Source: Candidatus Poribacteria bacterium
GTDB lineage: Bacteria; Poribacteria; WGA-4E; PCPOR2b
Direction: 5' to 3'
DNA length: 64,000 nt
NCBI GenBank assembly: GCA_965218095.1
Contig: OZ244587.1
Span: 1,792,001 to 1,856,000, forward strand
Both the position numbers and the translations under genes were made by a program. Position 1 is the stretch's first letter. Every line of letters begins with the position of its first letter. Positions 41,136-51,597 of the stretch are shown in pieces. Under the pieces are notes generated by a model. The model worked only from the letters and a program-made list of their open reading frames with translations. It did not search any database and had not been told where the DNA came from.

Positions 41136-42353
41136 ATGAAATTAGAAAATAAAAACGTTATTCTTGGCGTTACCGGCGGCATCGCCATCCATAAATCCCT
41201 CGACTTGGCGAGTCAATTGGTGAAGCGGGGTACTTCGGTGCATGTAGTCATGACGGAAAACGCCACACGTTTGGTGCAGCCGATCCAATTTCAGGTCATT
41301 TCCCGAAACCCCGTGCTGCTCGACCTCTTCGACCTCGGCTCCGATTGGAAACCGGTCCACATCGATCTCGCAGACAGAGCCGATCTGTTGGCAATCGTCC
41401 CGGCTACAGCAAACATTATCGGGAAAATGGCGAACGGCATCGCGGACAACGCGCTCTCCACCGTCGCGATCTCCGTCCACTGCCCGATCCTGCTCGCGCC
41501 GGCGATGGAACAACACATGTATGAGAACCCGTTTGTGGGGGCAAACATCCAAAGGCTGAAGGAACACGACGTGGAATTTGTCGCGCCTGTCAGTGGAGAC
41601 CTCGCCTCTGGCAAACAGGGGAGGGGACGGTTGAATACGGTCAAAATCATCCTTGAACGCATCACCCAATTGCTGAAAACGCCCAAGGACCTGCGGGGAA
41701 AGCGGGTGGTTGTTACGGCGGGGCCAACGCGGGAGTATCTCGACCCGGTCCGCTTTATCAGCAACCGGTCTAGTGGAAAGATGGGATACGCCTTCGCCGA
41801 AGCGGCGCAACATCGCGGGGCGGAGGTTCTCCTCATCAGCGGACCAGCGACATCGGAACCGCCCGCGGGCGTCGAAACTCAACATGTGGAAACCACGCTG
41901 GAGATGCAAGACGCAATCCTCGAAGTGTTCGATCAGACCGATATAGTGGTGATGGCCGCAGCCGTTGCCGATTATCGCCCGCAAGCGTTTTCTCCGAACA
42001 AAATCAAGAAAACAACCGATCGACTGACCATCTCACTCGAACAAAACCCTGATATTGCACAAGTGTTGGGACAACGAAAGAAGAAAGTCCAGATCACAGT
42101 TGGCTTTGCCGCTGAAACCAACGATCTGTTGGAAAACGCTCAACGGAAATTGATTAACAAGAACTTAGATCTGATTGCAGCAAATGATGTGCTTGCAGAA
42201 GGTGCGGGGTTTGAAGGCGACACGAACATTGTGACGCTGTTGGATCGGGAGGGGGTTTGCGAACAGCTACCCCTGCTTTCCAAGCGAGAGGTTGCTGATA
42301 GGATTTTAGACCGTGTGGTTGGGATGATAGAAAGAGGAAATTCGGGGAAATGA
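41136..42353 (+). CDS. coaBC: Bifunctional phosphopantothenoylcysteine decarboxylase / synthetase
   Basis: GVTGGIA, PATAN, PAM, TAGPTRE.LDPVRFISNRSSGKMG, GFAAET. Confidence 0.96.
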   Translation: MKLENKNVILGVTGGIAIHKSLDLASQLVKRGTSVHVVMTENATRLVQPIQFQVISRNPVLLDLFDLGSDWKPVHIDLADRADLLAIVPATANIIGKMANGIADNALSTVAISVHCPILLAPAMEQHMYENPFVGANIQRLKEHDVEFVAPVSGDLASGKQGRGRLNTVKIILERITQLLKTPKDLRGKRVVVTAGPTREYLDPVRFISNRSSGKMGYAFAEAAQHRGAEVLLISGPATSEPPAGVETQHVETTLEMQDAILEVFDQTDIVVMAAAVADYRPQAFSPNKIKKTTDRLTISLEQNPDIAQVLGQRKKKVQITVGFAAETNDLLENAQRKLINKNLDLIAANDVLAEGAGFEGDTNIVTLLDREGVCEQLPLLSKREVADRILDRVVGMIERGNSGK

Positions 42354-43204
42354 CTCTCTACCAACAGGCTCATGAATTCCTCAAACGTACCGGCAGACAC
42401 CCCAACAAGAAACTCGGTCAGCACTTCCTGATTGATCCGCACGCCTTGCAGGAGATGGTCTGGGCAGCGAAATTGACAGATGCCGACTTTGTTTTGGAGA
42501 TTGGGGCCGGACTCGGATTTCTGACATCGGTGCTGGTGCCTACCGCTAAAAGGGTCGTTGCGGTTGAAATCGATGACTTTCTATACGCCGAATTGCAGCT
42601 CAAATTCTCAAAAATCCCGCATGTTATACTCCTGCAAGCGGATATTCTCAAACTTGATCTGTCCTCACTGCTGAATGGCTTTCCTTCCGAAAACACCAAA
42701 ATCGTCGCTAACCTGCCTTACTACATCACCACACCGATTCTCTGGGAGTTATTGAAGTGTCACAAGCAAATCGGTGACTGCGTGTTGACGATGCAGACAG
42801 AAGTTGCTGAACGAATCATTTCTCCGCCGGGGAACAAGCGTTATGGTGCGCTTTCAATTGGCGTGTCTTACTACGCCCAAGCCGAGATCGTCCAAACGAT
42901 TCCGCCGGATCGATTTTATCCCTCCCCACAGGTTCATTCCTCCGTCCTAAAACTCAAGATGCGTGACAGCCCTCAAGTTGCTGTCGAAGATGAAGCGTTA
43001 TTCTTTCGGATTGTTCGTGCTGCGTTTCAATCTCGACGCAAAATGTTACGAAACGCGCTTCTGAGAAGTGGCGTTCCTATTCCTGTGGATGCGCTCAATG
43101 TCGTTTTTGATCAACTCGCCATCGATCCGCAGCGACGTGGAGAAACGCTGGACATTGCTGAGTTTGCCACGCTTGCGAACGGTTTGAATCAGCAAATCGG
43201 CTAG
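42350..43204 (+). CDS. rsmA: 16S rRNA adenine dimethyltransferase
   Basis: KKLGQHFL, EIGAGLG, ANLPYYIT, RRKML, RGETL. Confidence 0.96.
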   Translation: MTLYQQAHEFLKRTGRHPNKKLGQHFLIDPHALQEMVWAAKLTDADFVLEIGAGLGFLTSVLVPTAKRVVAVEIDDFLYAELQLKFSKIPHVILLQADILKLDLSSLLNGFPSENTKIVANLPYYITTPILWELLKCHKQIGDCVLTMQTEVAERIISPPGNKRYGALSIGVSYYAQAEIVQTIPPDRFYPSPQVHSSVLKLKMRDSPQVAVEDEALFFRIVRAAFQSRRKMLRNALLRSGVPIPVDALNVVFDQLAIDPQRRGETLDIAEFATLANGLNQQIG

Positions 43205-43279
43205 AACACGGATTCATAGGATTACGCGGATGGATAAAAAATGACTACACTAACACTTCTGTAGACGAAACGGGTGGTT

Positions 43280-44857
43280 ATGAAAGGTCCGTATATATAC
43301 TTCCTTGTCTTGCTTGCGTTACTGTTGTTTGCTTGCTCACGCCCAATGCAGCTTTCATCGGCGATTCATGACGCATCATCGATTTATAACGCGGCTTCAG
43401 CCAAGCATTACCAACTGGCGCACGGGCAGATCCCATCCACTGACCCGGAGTGGGTTGCCTTGATTGAAGAATTCCAGCGTGCCATCAACGCGGATGCGGA
43501 AGGAGAGTGGGCGGACAGTGCGCACTACGCAATTGCTTCTTGCTGGATGTGGTTGGGACAAAGTACCGAACAGCCGTCTATTGACAATGCAATTGGTGCA
43601 TTCAAGAAACTGCTCCAAGATTACCCCAATTCAGCACACGCAGCGGAGGCCCACTACTGGCTAGGAGATTGCTATGATCGGCTTGGAGACTATGGTCGGG
43701 CGGTGACACACTATCAAACGGTGATTAGTCACTATCTCGACCACCCAATCGCCGACAAGGCACAGTTGCGGCTTGGCAGATCATACGAACGCCAATACTA
43801 CTTCACATTGGCTCGTATCACCTACGAAGCCCTCTCTCAGCGAAGCCAAGCGCCCCAAATTGTCGCTCAGGCGAAAAAACAGGTCTTACGCCTGCAGGCC
43901 AAACAAACGGGGGCTTCCACGCGTGCTGATTCACCACCTGAAATTGTGCCTCTGGAATCCCCTCAAGTTGCTCAGCCGAATCCATCCAAAATACCGCTGG
44001 AAATGATTAAGCCTTCCCCGGAACTGCCGAAAATGCCTCAACCTAGCACCAAGGCTGCGCCAATTCAGCCGCCACACGCTGACGGCAAAACTGTAACAGC
44101 GCTGAGTCCCATCGAACCTTCATCTGAACCACCGAAAACGCCAAAACCCGTTGCCGATCCGTCGCTGGTTCAGCAACTGGGCCTTGGCGTCAAAACTATC
44201 GTTATCGATCCGGGACACGGCGGCAAAGACCCTGGTGCCGTGAGTCGAATGGGGCAAGAAAAACGGATTGTGCTCAGTCTATCAAAAATGCTGCGCGAAA
44301 TCTTGGTTGAGAAGGGGTATCATGTGCGGCTGACGCGCAAGACCGATGTTTATATCCCGCTCAAAAAACGCACACAGTTTGCGACGAAGCAGGAAGCGGA
44401 TCTGTTCATCAGCATTCACGCCAACGCGAGCACCGCCCGTGATGCTGCCGGCATAGAAACCTACTACCTTGCACTCGCCTCCGATGAATCCGCCCAGTCC
44501 ACCGCCATGCGGGAAAACGTCGGAGCAAAGTACAGCATGAAGGAGCTTGATACGCTTGTGGGAAAAATCCTCAAGGAGAGCAAGAGTACGGAGAGTCGTC
44601 GGCTGGCACAGTTCATTCAAGAGCAGCTTACATCAGCAAAACAAGCGAAAGACCGGGGTGTAAAACATGCCCCTTTCGTTGTTCTCATCGGCACAAAAGT
44701 TCCCGCAGTGCTTGTTGAGGTGGGCTTTATATCGAATTCAAACGAAGGGAAGAAGCTCACTACAAAGGCGTACCAACGCCAGCTTGCAACAGCGATTGCC
44801 GAAGGGGTTGAGCAATACGTCAGAAGCATCCCGCTGGCAGTTGCGAATCAACCGTGA
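43280..44857 (+). CDS. Lipoprotein: TPR repeats, Pro-rich linker, N-acetylmuramoyl-L-alanine amidase (Amidase_3)
   Basis: LLLFAC lipobox, TPRs (AHYWLGDCY), IDPGHGGKDPGA, FISIHAN, VLVEVGFI. Confidence 0.9.
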   Translation: MKGPYIYFLVLLALLLFACSRPMQLSSAIHDASSIYNAASAKHYQLAHGQIPSTDPEWVALIEEFQRAINADAEGEWADSAHYAIASCWMWLGQSTEQPSIDNAIGAFKKLLQDYPNSAHAAEAHYWLGDCYDRLGDYGRAVTHYQTVISHYLDHPIADKAQLRLGRSYERQYYFTLARITYEALSQRSQAPQIVAQAKKQVLRLQAKQTGASTRADSPPEIVPLESPQVAQPNPSKIPLEMIKPSPELPKMPQPSTKAAPIQPPHADGKTVTALSPIEPSSEPPKTPKPVADPSLVQQLGLGVKTIVIDPGHGGKDPGAVSRMGQEKRIVLSLSKMLREILVEKGYHVRLTRKTDVYIPLKKRTQFATKQEADLFISIHANASTARDAAGIETYYLALASDESAQSTAMRENVGAKYSMKELDTLVGKILKESKSTESRRLAQFIQEQLTSAKQAKDRGVKHAPFVVLIGTKVPAVLVEVGFISNSNEGKKLTTKAYQRQLATAIAEGVEQYVRSIPLAVANQP

Positions 44858-45086
44858 ATAAGGCTCAGTATCTCAGGATTTGATATGAGACAGGAAGGGA
44901 ACCGGTAGGAAGCTTGGAAGAAAGAATGGCGTGAGTATAAGGATATAGGCCACACATGGACAGGAGTGTGTGAGGGGCGCTCTTTCTCGCTCCCTCGCTT
45001 CCCCGTGCTCGTCCGATCCCATCGGACTTACGCAGATTCTTACGTCGAACTCACGTGGTGTTAGACATTCCAGTGAATTTATCTTC

Positions 45087-46313
45087 CTACGCCATGAACG
45101 GGCCCTCCTTCTCAACTCGCTCGTAGATCCGTTCAAACTCTGACGAGCCATCGTCTTCCCACTTCTCGAAATTGATTCTCCGGATGGCACCTTCCTCATG
45201 GCCCGTCAACCTCTGGACGCTCAGCCCCCGAGAGGTGTAAATCTTGTGCCCGCCCGGCAGGGACAGAATGCCAACGATTCTGCCCGTCGTTAATGGCGTA
45301 CCCGAAGCGAACCGTACGATGGCATCATCATCCACTTCGACACCCAGACCTGGACCTTCAGGAACGGGAGAGAATCCCTCGATCACCGGAATTTGTTCCG
45401 TCGTGATGTCCTCATCGTACTGGTCATCAAGAACTATCGTGTGCGCCGTTGCGGTCGGGAGGACAGCAGCCTGGTGTAGGGTCAACGCCTTCATGAGCGT
45501 GCCGCCGCTTTGCTGTATGAGCGTTTGAATGTTTGCCTGACCATAAGCAAATCCTTTCATCAAAGTATCTCCGATACGGCCCCCGATCATATAAATGTCG
45601 GCACAGCCCTGGATGACTTCTTGGATACCACCGAGTTGTGGAACGTGCATGATGAGGGGGATGCGCGTCTTCTCGCGCAATTTTCGCCAGCCATCGATAT
45701 CCGTCCACGGAAGGGGGTCTTCGATGTAGCCAACGATGGGATGGTTTTTCTCCAGTTCGTTGATGATGGGCAGGACTACCGCCAGGCTGCGGTTGTGGTT
45801 GAAGTCCCAGTGGATCTTAAAGCTTGGCGGTGCGACTTCTTCAGCGAGGCGCGTCTGCTCAATGACATCGTACAATGCGCTGGAGTGCATCTTAAAGATG
45901 GTGTAACCTCCAGCCGCCGCTCGACGGATTTCATCGCGGAAGACCTCTGGCGGACACGGCCGAGTCCATGCCCCCACAGAAACGGCATCTCGTACCTTTT
46001 GTCCCATCAGTTTGTAGGCCGGGACTTCGAGGTGTTTTCCCATCACATCGTAGAGCGCCATGCCCAGCGCCATGTTGAAATCGTTATGGAGAAAGTCAAA
46101 CGGGCTGCGGCCGATGAGGGACTCGATAATCGACTGAGGAATTGGATTGGGATCATCCTCATAGTCACCGTAGCCAACTAGCCCATTGTCTGTGTGGATC
46201 TTGATAACCAAGTGTTCGTCTATGTTCCCCATGCGGACGCGTCCATGATGATTATCGTAGCGTTTTGCAAGGGGCATAACAATCGGGATAGCTTCAATGT
46301 CGGTGATTTTCAT
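45087..46313 (-). CDS. Mandelate racemase / muconate lactonising enzyme family (enolase superfamily)
   Basis: MALYDVMGK, FKMH, WDFN, YIEDP, PEGPGLGVE. Confidence 0.88.
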   Translation of the reverse strand: MKITDIEAIPIVMPLAKRYDNHHGRVRMGNIDEHLVIKIHTDNGLVGYGDYEDDPNPIPQSIIESLIGRSPFDFLHNDFNMALGMALYDVMGKHLEVPAYKLMGQKVRDAVSVGAWTRPCPPEVFRDEIRRAAAGGYTIFKMHSSALYDVIEQTRLAEEVAPPSFKIHWDFNHNRSLAVVLPIINELEKNHPIVGYIEDPLPWTDIDGWRKLREKTRIPLIMHVPQLGGIQEVIQGCADIYMIGGRIGDTLMKGFAYGQANIQTLIQQSGGTLMKALTLHQAAVLPTATAHTIVLDDQYDEDITTEQIPVIEGFSPVPEGPGLGVEVDDDAIVRFASGTPLTTGRIVGILSLPGGHKIYTSRGLSVQRLTGHEEGAIRRINFEKWEDDGSSEFERIYERVEKEGPFMA

Positions 46314-46668
46314 AGTGGACTCCTATTTTGACTTTGTTAATTTGCCACCAGTGGATCTGCCGACGTGTCGGCGCCACTGATTTTGAATTTCTTGCGCTTT
46401 CAGACATTCAACAAAAGTTCTCCACCGGTTATTGATGGGCTCCTTTAGGCGTTGTATTTAATTTTGGGGGTTGTAACGCGCCGATAGTATGTTGAAGATC
46501 CTTCTCTCGCTGTTCTAAAGTTTCTATTTGGCGGCGTAATACCGCGTCGTGCTAATGTAAAATACAGTTGAGCCCAATCGGCGTTAACGCCAAAAGGACA
46601 CTGAAAATCAGCCAATGAAACACTTTTTCGCGTATATTTTAACCTGCTTACCTAGTTGAAGGCAAGGC

Positions 46669-48570
46669 TCATTGTGAAGCATCTTTTCGCACAACGATAA
46701 GCCTGCCCTGTCGTACATCAAAAGATAGCGTGGTATACGTCTTCCCGTTCGCATGCCAATGGTCTTGGGGGAGTTGCTCACCGTTTACAGTATTCCACTC
46801 CTCAACTGTCGCTTCCCATTGAATCTCGATCAGCGTCTCAATCGGACGTTCGCCGCGATTAAACAGGTAGAAAAGATCTAAATTTTCCGATTGGCGGTAT
46901 TGGACAGCAATTGCGTGCGTTGGGGCATTATCGGGTTTGACGTAAACCTGTATCGGTGGCTTAATTCGTTTCCGCAGGAGCCTTTCGAGACTCGCCACTT
47001 TTTCGTCAGTCGTTCCACGCAGGGTAGACGTGCGCCATCGATAAAGCAGTCGTTCAAGTGGGTAGGGGTCAATGCCAATTCGACCGTTGAGAAGGTATGG
47101 GACGGGATCCATAGTGATCAGCCTGCCGCGAACCTTGACTTCCTTAACAAACCGGGTCAACACCCCCACCGTTCCCTCCTGAAGGGATAAACAGCATGGT
47201 AGCAAAATCAATGGATAAGATTCTTCGTTAAGGCGCAATGCACGAGCGCCTTTATCTATTTCCGCTGCGGCGAGCACTGTTTCTGAGGCTATATCAAAGT
47301 CATATCCAAGTTCCCAGACAGTTTGACAGAGCCAGCTCCATTCCTTCGCGATCCAATTCCACGTTTTCGGATCGGGTTTCGTCCATAAACTGTGTACCGG
47401 CGAGACGATGAGAACCGATCGCTTGGGAACACCGATTGACAAAAATCGGTTGAGGTGATTTTGCGTTAAAACGCCTCCCCTGTGAAATCGAGGCTTTGCG
47501 TTGTGATTAACGGCAAACATCCATGAATTGAACCCCAGTACGCTATCGCCGGCGGACAGCTCGGCCCCGTGCTCTAGGCTTGAATCAGACCGGCAAATGC
47601 TGATTTGTCCTAATCGCTCCGAATGCAATGCACTGGTAATCTGCTTAGCAATTAAGAACTGCTTTGGTTTGTCGAGGTTATCGGTACTGAGGATGGGGCG
47701 ATCGGCAGCGTTCAGAATTCCCCCGACATCGACTTCTAACGCTATTGCGGTCGCTGGGAAGTTGACTGCGAATTGGAGGTTCCATTGATGACAAAATTCC
47801 TTCAACCCTCCAACGCAAACCTTCGCAAACTGCTGAGTCAGTCGCTCCCAAAAACGACTGCGAATCGTCGCCGAGTCGTAGGTTTCGTAACAGATTAACG
47901 GTAGGTGAGATAGAGGTTCTGCACCCAAGACCACTCCAAACGCATCGCTCCAGGGAATCGCCAGCGGCGGCGATCTGAGAGGGGAAAGAAAGGTGGGAAA
48001 CTCGCAGCAGAAACCCACAACCGGACGCCCTATAAAACCCGCGAATTGGTGGATATATTCCTTCAGAATGCGATGTGCGATTTCATGAACACCGTCCCGG
48101 CTCAACAGATCATTCGCCTGTATCTCCGTTTGATGAAGGCGAAAGATTGTTCGCCCTTTCAGCCTGTCCGCAATGGAGAGATCCCCGCCCACACAACGCT
48201 GTATGTAATCGGTTATATCATAGCAGGGCGCTTCTGCATTCGTTTGGGCGAGGAGGTAAATGCGGTTAAATGCCTGAGAAGGCGACCACCACTGGCGCAG
48301 TTGACTATGGATGGCTTCTCTGCTCTCGGTCTGATGGAATGTATGTTCAGCGAAGTTTAACCAAAAGCGCGTTTGATTTGTCACGGAATCAAGAAAGATC
48401 CACACAGCCATTCCCTCGCGGTTCAACTGCTGGAGCTTTACGCGATGGGCTTCGATTTTTTTCAGGGTGACGAAACGAGGCAATCCGAGCAATATCTCTC
48501 CTCGAATCATTGCAGAATCTCTCGAATTAGAGACGTTATCCATATATTTTCTCACCACTGCCTCCATCAA
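46669..48570 (-). CDS. Divergent GH106 (alpha-L-rhamnosidase)-like protein
   Basis: C-terminal half YDFDIASE...YPLILLP...LFYLFN...EEWNTVNGE resembles GH106-like proteins; N-terminal half is degenerate. Confidence 0.5.
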   Translation of the reverse strand: MMEAVVRKYMDNVSNSRDSAMIRGEILLGLPRFVTLKKIEAHRVKLQQLNREGMAVWIFLDSVTNQTRFWLNFAEHTFHQTESREAIHSQLRQWWSPSQAFNRIYLLAQTNAEAPCYDITDYIQRCVGGDLSIADRLKGRTIFRLHQTEIQANDLLSRDGVHEIAHRILKEYIHQFAGFIGRPVVGFCCEFPTFLSPLRSPPLAIPWSDAFGVVLGAEPLSHLPLICYETYDSATIRSRFWERLTQQFAKVCVGGLKEFCHQWNLQFAVNFPATAIALEVDVGGILNAADRPILSTDNLDKPKQFLIAKQITSALHSERLGQISICRSDSSLEHGAELSAGDSVLGFNSWMFAVNHNAKPRFHRGGVLTQNHLNRFLSIGVPKRSVLIVSPVHSLWTKPDPKTWNWIAKEWSWLCQTVWELGYDFDIASETVLAAAEIDKGARALRLNEESYPLILLPCCLSLQEGTVGVLTRFVKEVKVRGRLITMDPVPYLLNGRIGIDPYPLERLLYRWRTSTLRGTTDEKVASLERLLRKRIKPPIQVYVKPDNAPTHAIAVQYRQSENLDLFYLFNRGERPIETLIEIQWEATVEEWNTVNGEQLPQDHWHANGKTYTTLSFDVRQGRLIVVRKDASQ

Positions 48571-48593
48571 GTCACCCGAATTTGCGCGAGAAA

Positions 48594-49109
48594 TTAATCA
48601 ATTTCGAAAGTCGCGAGTGCATCGGGAAGTGCTCTAAAATCGAGAATGGTTCGGTACATTTTTCCGATCCTCACTTCATCCGAACACTCGTTAAACCACA
48701 CACTTCGAATTCCTGACTGATTTGCCCCGAGCACATCCTGCTCAAAGTCATCACCCACCATAATGATGCCCGATCTGTCCATCCGAAGGTCCGCGATAAT
48801 GTAATCAAAGAATCTTGGCGACGGCTTACGATGACCGATATTATGGAAACAATACACCTTGTCCAATAATGAATGCAGATCTGCCCGACCCAGCGCTTCC
48901 CAAATGTCCGCCTTATCCGAATCTGCTGCATTTGTAGCAAGAGCAAGCGTCCATCGTGGACGAAGTCCGATGAATACATCTTTGACGTTAGCAAGGTCCT
49001 CAACACGTGGCCAGGTAACCATTGAACCGCTAAACTCTGGAAAGTCCCGCATCAAGGTATTGCCCCAATCAAAGAGGATACATTGACTTTCCCTTCGTAT
49101 TCCTGACAT
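48594..49109 (-). CDS. HAD-superfamily hydrolase
   Basis: LFDWGNTL, LATN, RKP, MVGDDFEQDVLGA. Confidence 0.88.
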   Translation of the reverse strand: MSGIRRESQCILFDWGNTLMRDFPEFSGSMVTWPRVEDLANVKDVFIGLRPRWTLALATNAADSDKADIWEALGRADLHSLLDKVYCFHNIGHRKPSPRFFDYIIADLRMDRSGIIMVGDDFEQDVLGANQSGIRSVWFNECSDEVRIGKMYRTILDFRALPDALATFEID

Positions 49110-49301
49110 TTTCGCCCTCCGGGTATCGCAACCGATTCCTAAACATCGAAGATGATTTTCCGTCTGAGTGAATAAAGCCAGCAATTTGACGCTAATTTAC
49201 ACAAAAAGTGCAATCCGCGATATCCGTGGCATCAGCGTTCCGTAATTGAGAGGTTATTCTATCACACGCAGTTTAACGCAACAAGAAAAAAGGGACATCC
49301 G

Positions 49302-50548
49302 ATGAGACTGTTAGAAGGGGTAATCACAGCATTTTCAATTTTACTGTCGAACAAGTTGAGGTCATTTCTGACGATGTTAGGAATCGTTATCGGCATTGCG
49401 GGTGTCATTGCGATGATGTCCTTCGGGGCGGGCGCCAAAAGCATCCTAGCATCCTGATGTGGGAGGTTGAAAAGGTCAGCGGACCAAGCATATTCGGGGT
49501 CTATCGGCTCAGTTGGATTCGTAGAAACGCAAAGTGGGTGCGAAATCCAAGCAAGCACTACCTGACAATGGCAGATGTGCGAGCGATCCAAACCGAGTGT
49601 CCCTCCGTTGATGTGGCGACCCCAGAAGTCGATGATACAGCGACGGTTTCGGTCGAAGGAAAACGTAAGTATTCTCGGATGCAAGCCACAACTTATGAGT
49701 ATCAGATTGCACGGAAATGGTACAATGGATATGGCAGGTTCTTGTCTCATGATGATCTGAGCCTCTGGAGCAAGGTCTGCGTGATTGGTGAGGAGATCTG
49801 GAGAGACCTATTCGCGGGGCTCGACCCAATCGGAAGAGAGCTAAAGATTAACAATCAACGTTTTACTGTTGTGGGCATTATGGAGTCCAGAGGGAAGGGA
49901 CTCGATCCGGATAATAGTGAAGACAACCAGGTGTTTGTTCCGATCACCACAGCGCAGACCCGCTTTTGGGGGAATGATCATGTCGAGCATATTTTGATCT
50001 GGGCGAAGGATTACCAATCCGTTGATCAGGCAGTAAACGAAGTCAAGACGGTCTTGAAGCGAAATCATGCCGGGGAAGAGTTTTTTGAGACATGGATGAT
50101 GAAGGAGGAGTTGAAATCTGCCAACAGGATTATTATAATTATTGAACTCATTCTCGTCGTGATTGCCTCTGTTTCTTTGATTGTTGGCGGGATTGGCATC
50201 CTGAATATCATGCTAGTGTCCGTGATGGAGCGCATCCCTGAAATTGGACTCCGTAAGGCTGTCGGCGCAAAGAGCATGGACATACGCGTGCAGTTTCTCA
50301 TTGAATCCGTCATTCTGTGTCTTATCGGCAGCCTAATCGGAATCGCTTTGGGAGCGTTAATGGGCTACGGCTTTGCGTGGGCAGTCAGCAAATTTATGAA
50401 GGACTTTATTGAGTGGCCCTCCGTAATTACGCTCCAATCCGTGTTAGCCGCTGTATTCGCTGGTGGAGGTGTTGGCATCTTTTTCGGGTACTATCCGGCA
50501 AGCCGAGCGGCGAAACTTACGCCGATTGAGGCGCTGAGACACACATAG
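49302..50548 (+). pseudogene. MacB/FtsX-family ABC permease frameshifted by an 8-bp tandem duplication
   Basis: MRLLEG...KLRSFLTMLGIVIG; AGCATCCT twice at 49440-49455; removing one copy restores the frame into MWEVEK...GGIGILNIMLVSVMERIPEIGLRKAVGA. Confidence 0.9.
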
Positions 50549-50558
50549 TGCGTCTATG

Positions 50559-51558
50559 TTATTCCAATTTCTCCAGCAATTCGGTAATCTGCTCTGGTGT
50601 CGGTAGCTGACCTTTCAATTCTTGGGGCAGCGTTGAAATGATCCGATAGGCGGCTACACCGATGGGTTTGTTTGATTCCCTCAAGGCGTATTCGACGATA
50701 GTTTTATCCTTCGATTTACAAAGGATAATGCCGATTGAAGCATTTTCGTCATCCAGCCGTATCTTGTCATCTAACACCGCCAAGTAAAATTGCATCTTGC
50801 CGACGTATTCTGGGAAAAACTCACCAATCTTCAAGTCCAGCACCACCAAACATTTCAGATGGCGGTGATACAGCGTCGCCAATCTCCAGACGATGCTGAC
50901 TGCCGATGAAACAGAACATTCCACCCATTTCGCGCAAGAAGAGTTCTACTTTTGAGAGCAAGGCTTGTTCCAACTGGCGTTCGGTATGTTCGTCGCCCAA
51001 TTCCAGAAAGCCGAAAGTGTACCCGTCCTTCACCGCCAGCTTGGCTTGATTGCGAATTTCGTCCGAGAGAGTCTGCTCAAAATTGGTCTGATTGAGCAAG
51101 GTTTTCTCGTAAGTCTGGTTCTCGATCTGATGAATTAGTACATTCTTTGTCCAACCAAATTTTCGGGTCATACGAAGGTAGAATTCGCGCTCAAGATCAT
51201 CCTTGCATTTTTCCATGATGACCATGTTTTTTGACCAGCTAATTTCTCGCACCAATGGTGCGAGTTTTTCATGATGAGCGCAGGTTTCATAGAAATGCTT
51301 CATGCGCCAGAGATTTGCAGCGGAGAAGCCACTAATACCGGGAAACTCTGCCCGTAGATCTTTTGCCAGATTTTTCACCACTGACTTGCCCTAGGTTTCC
51401 CCTCGCTGGCGTTCGACGATTATCTCCCCGATGTCCCAATAAAGTGAGATGAGTTCCTTGTTTACCGTTTTCAGCGCCTCGTATTGTGCGGAACGAATGC
51501 GTTGTTTGATCTCGATCAGGAGATCTTTGTAATCATTAGAAGCAATTAAATCACTCAT
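50559..51558 (-). pseudogene. YhcG/DUF1016 PD-(D/E)xK nuclease, in-frame TAG (51393-51391) and internal deletion frameshift (about 50870)
   Basis: VNKELISLYWDIG...ET*GKSVV, GFSAANLWRM, ISWSKN; the FIDLL segment is missing before LYHRHLKCLVVLDLK. Confidence 0.9.
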
Positions 51559-51597
51559 TTGGCGTCCTCCATTTCTTTCTGCAATTTTCGTTAAGCG

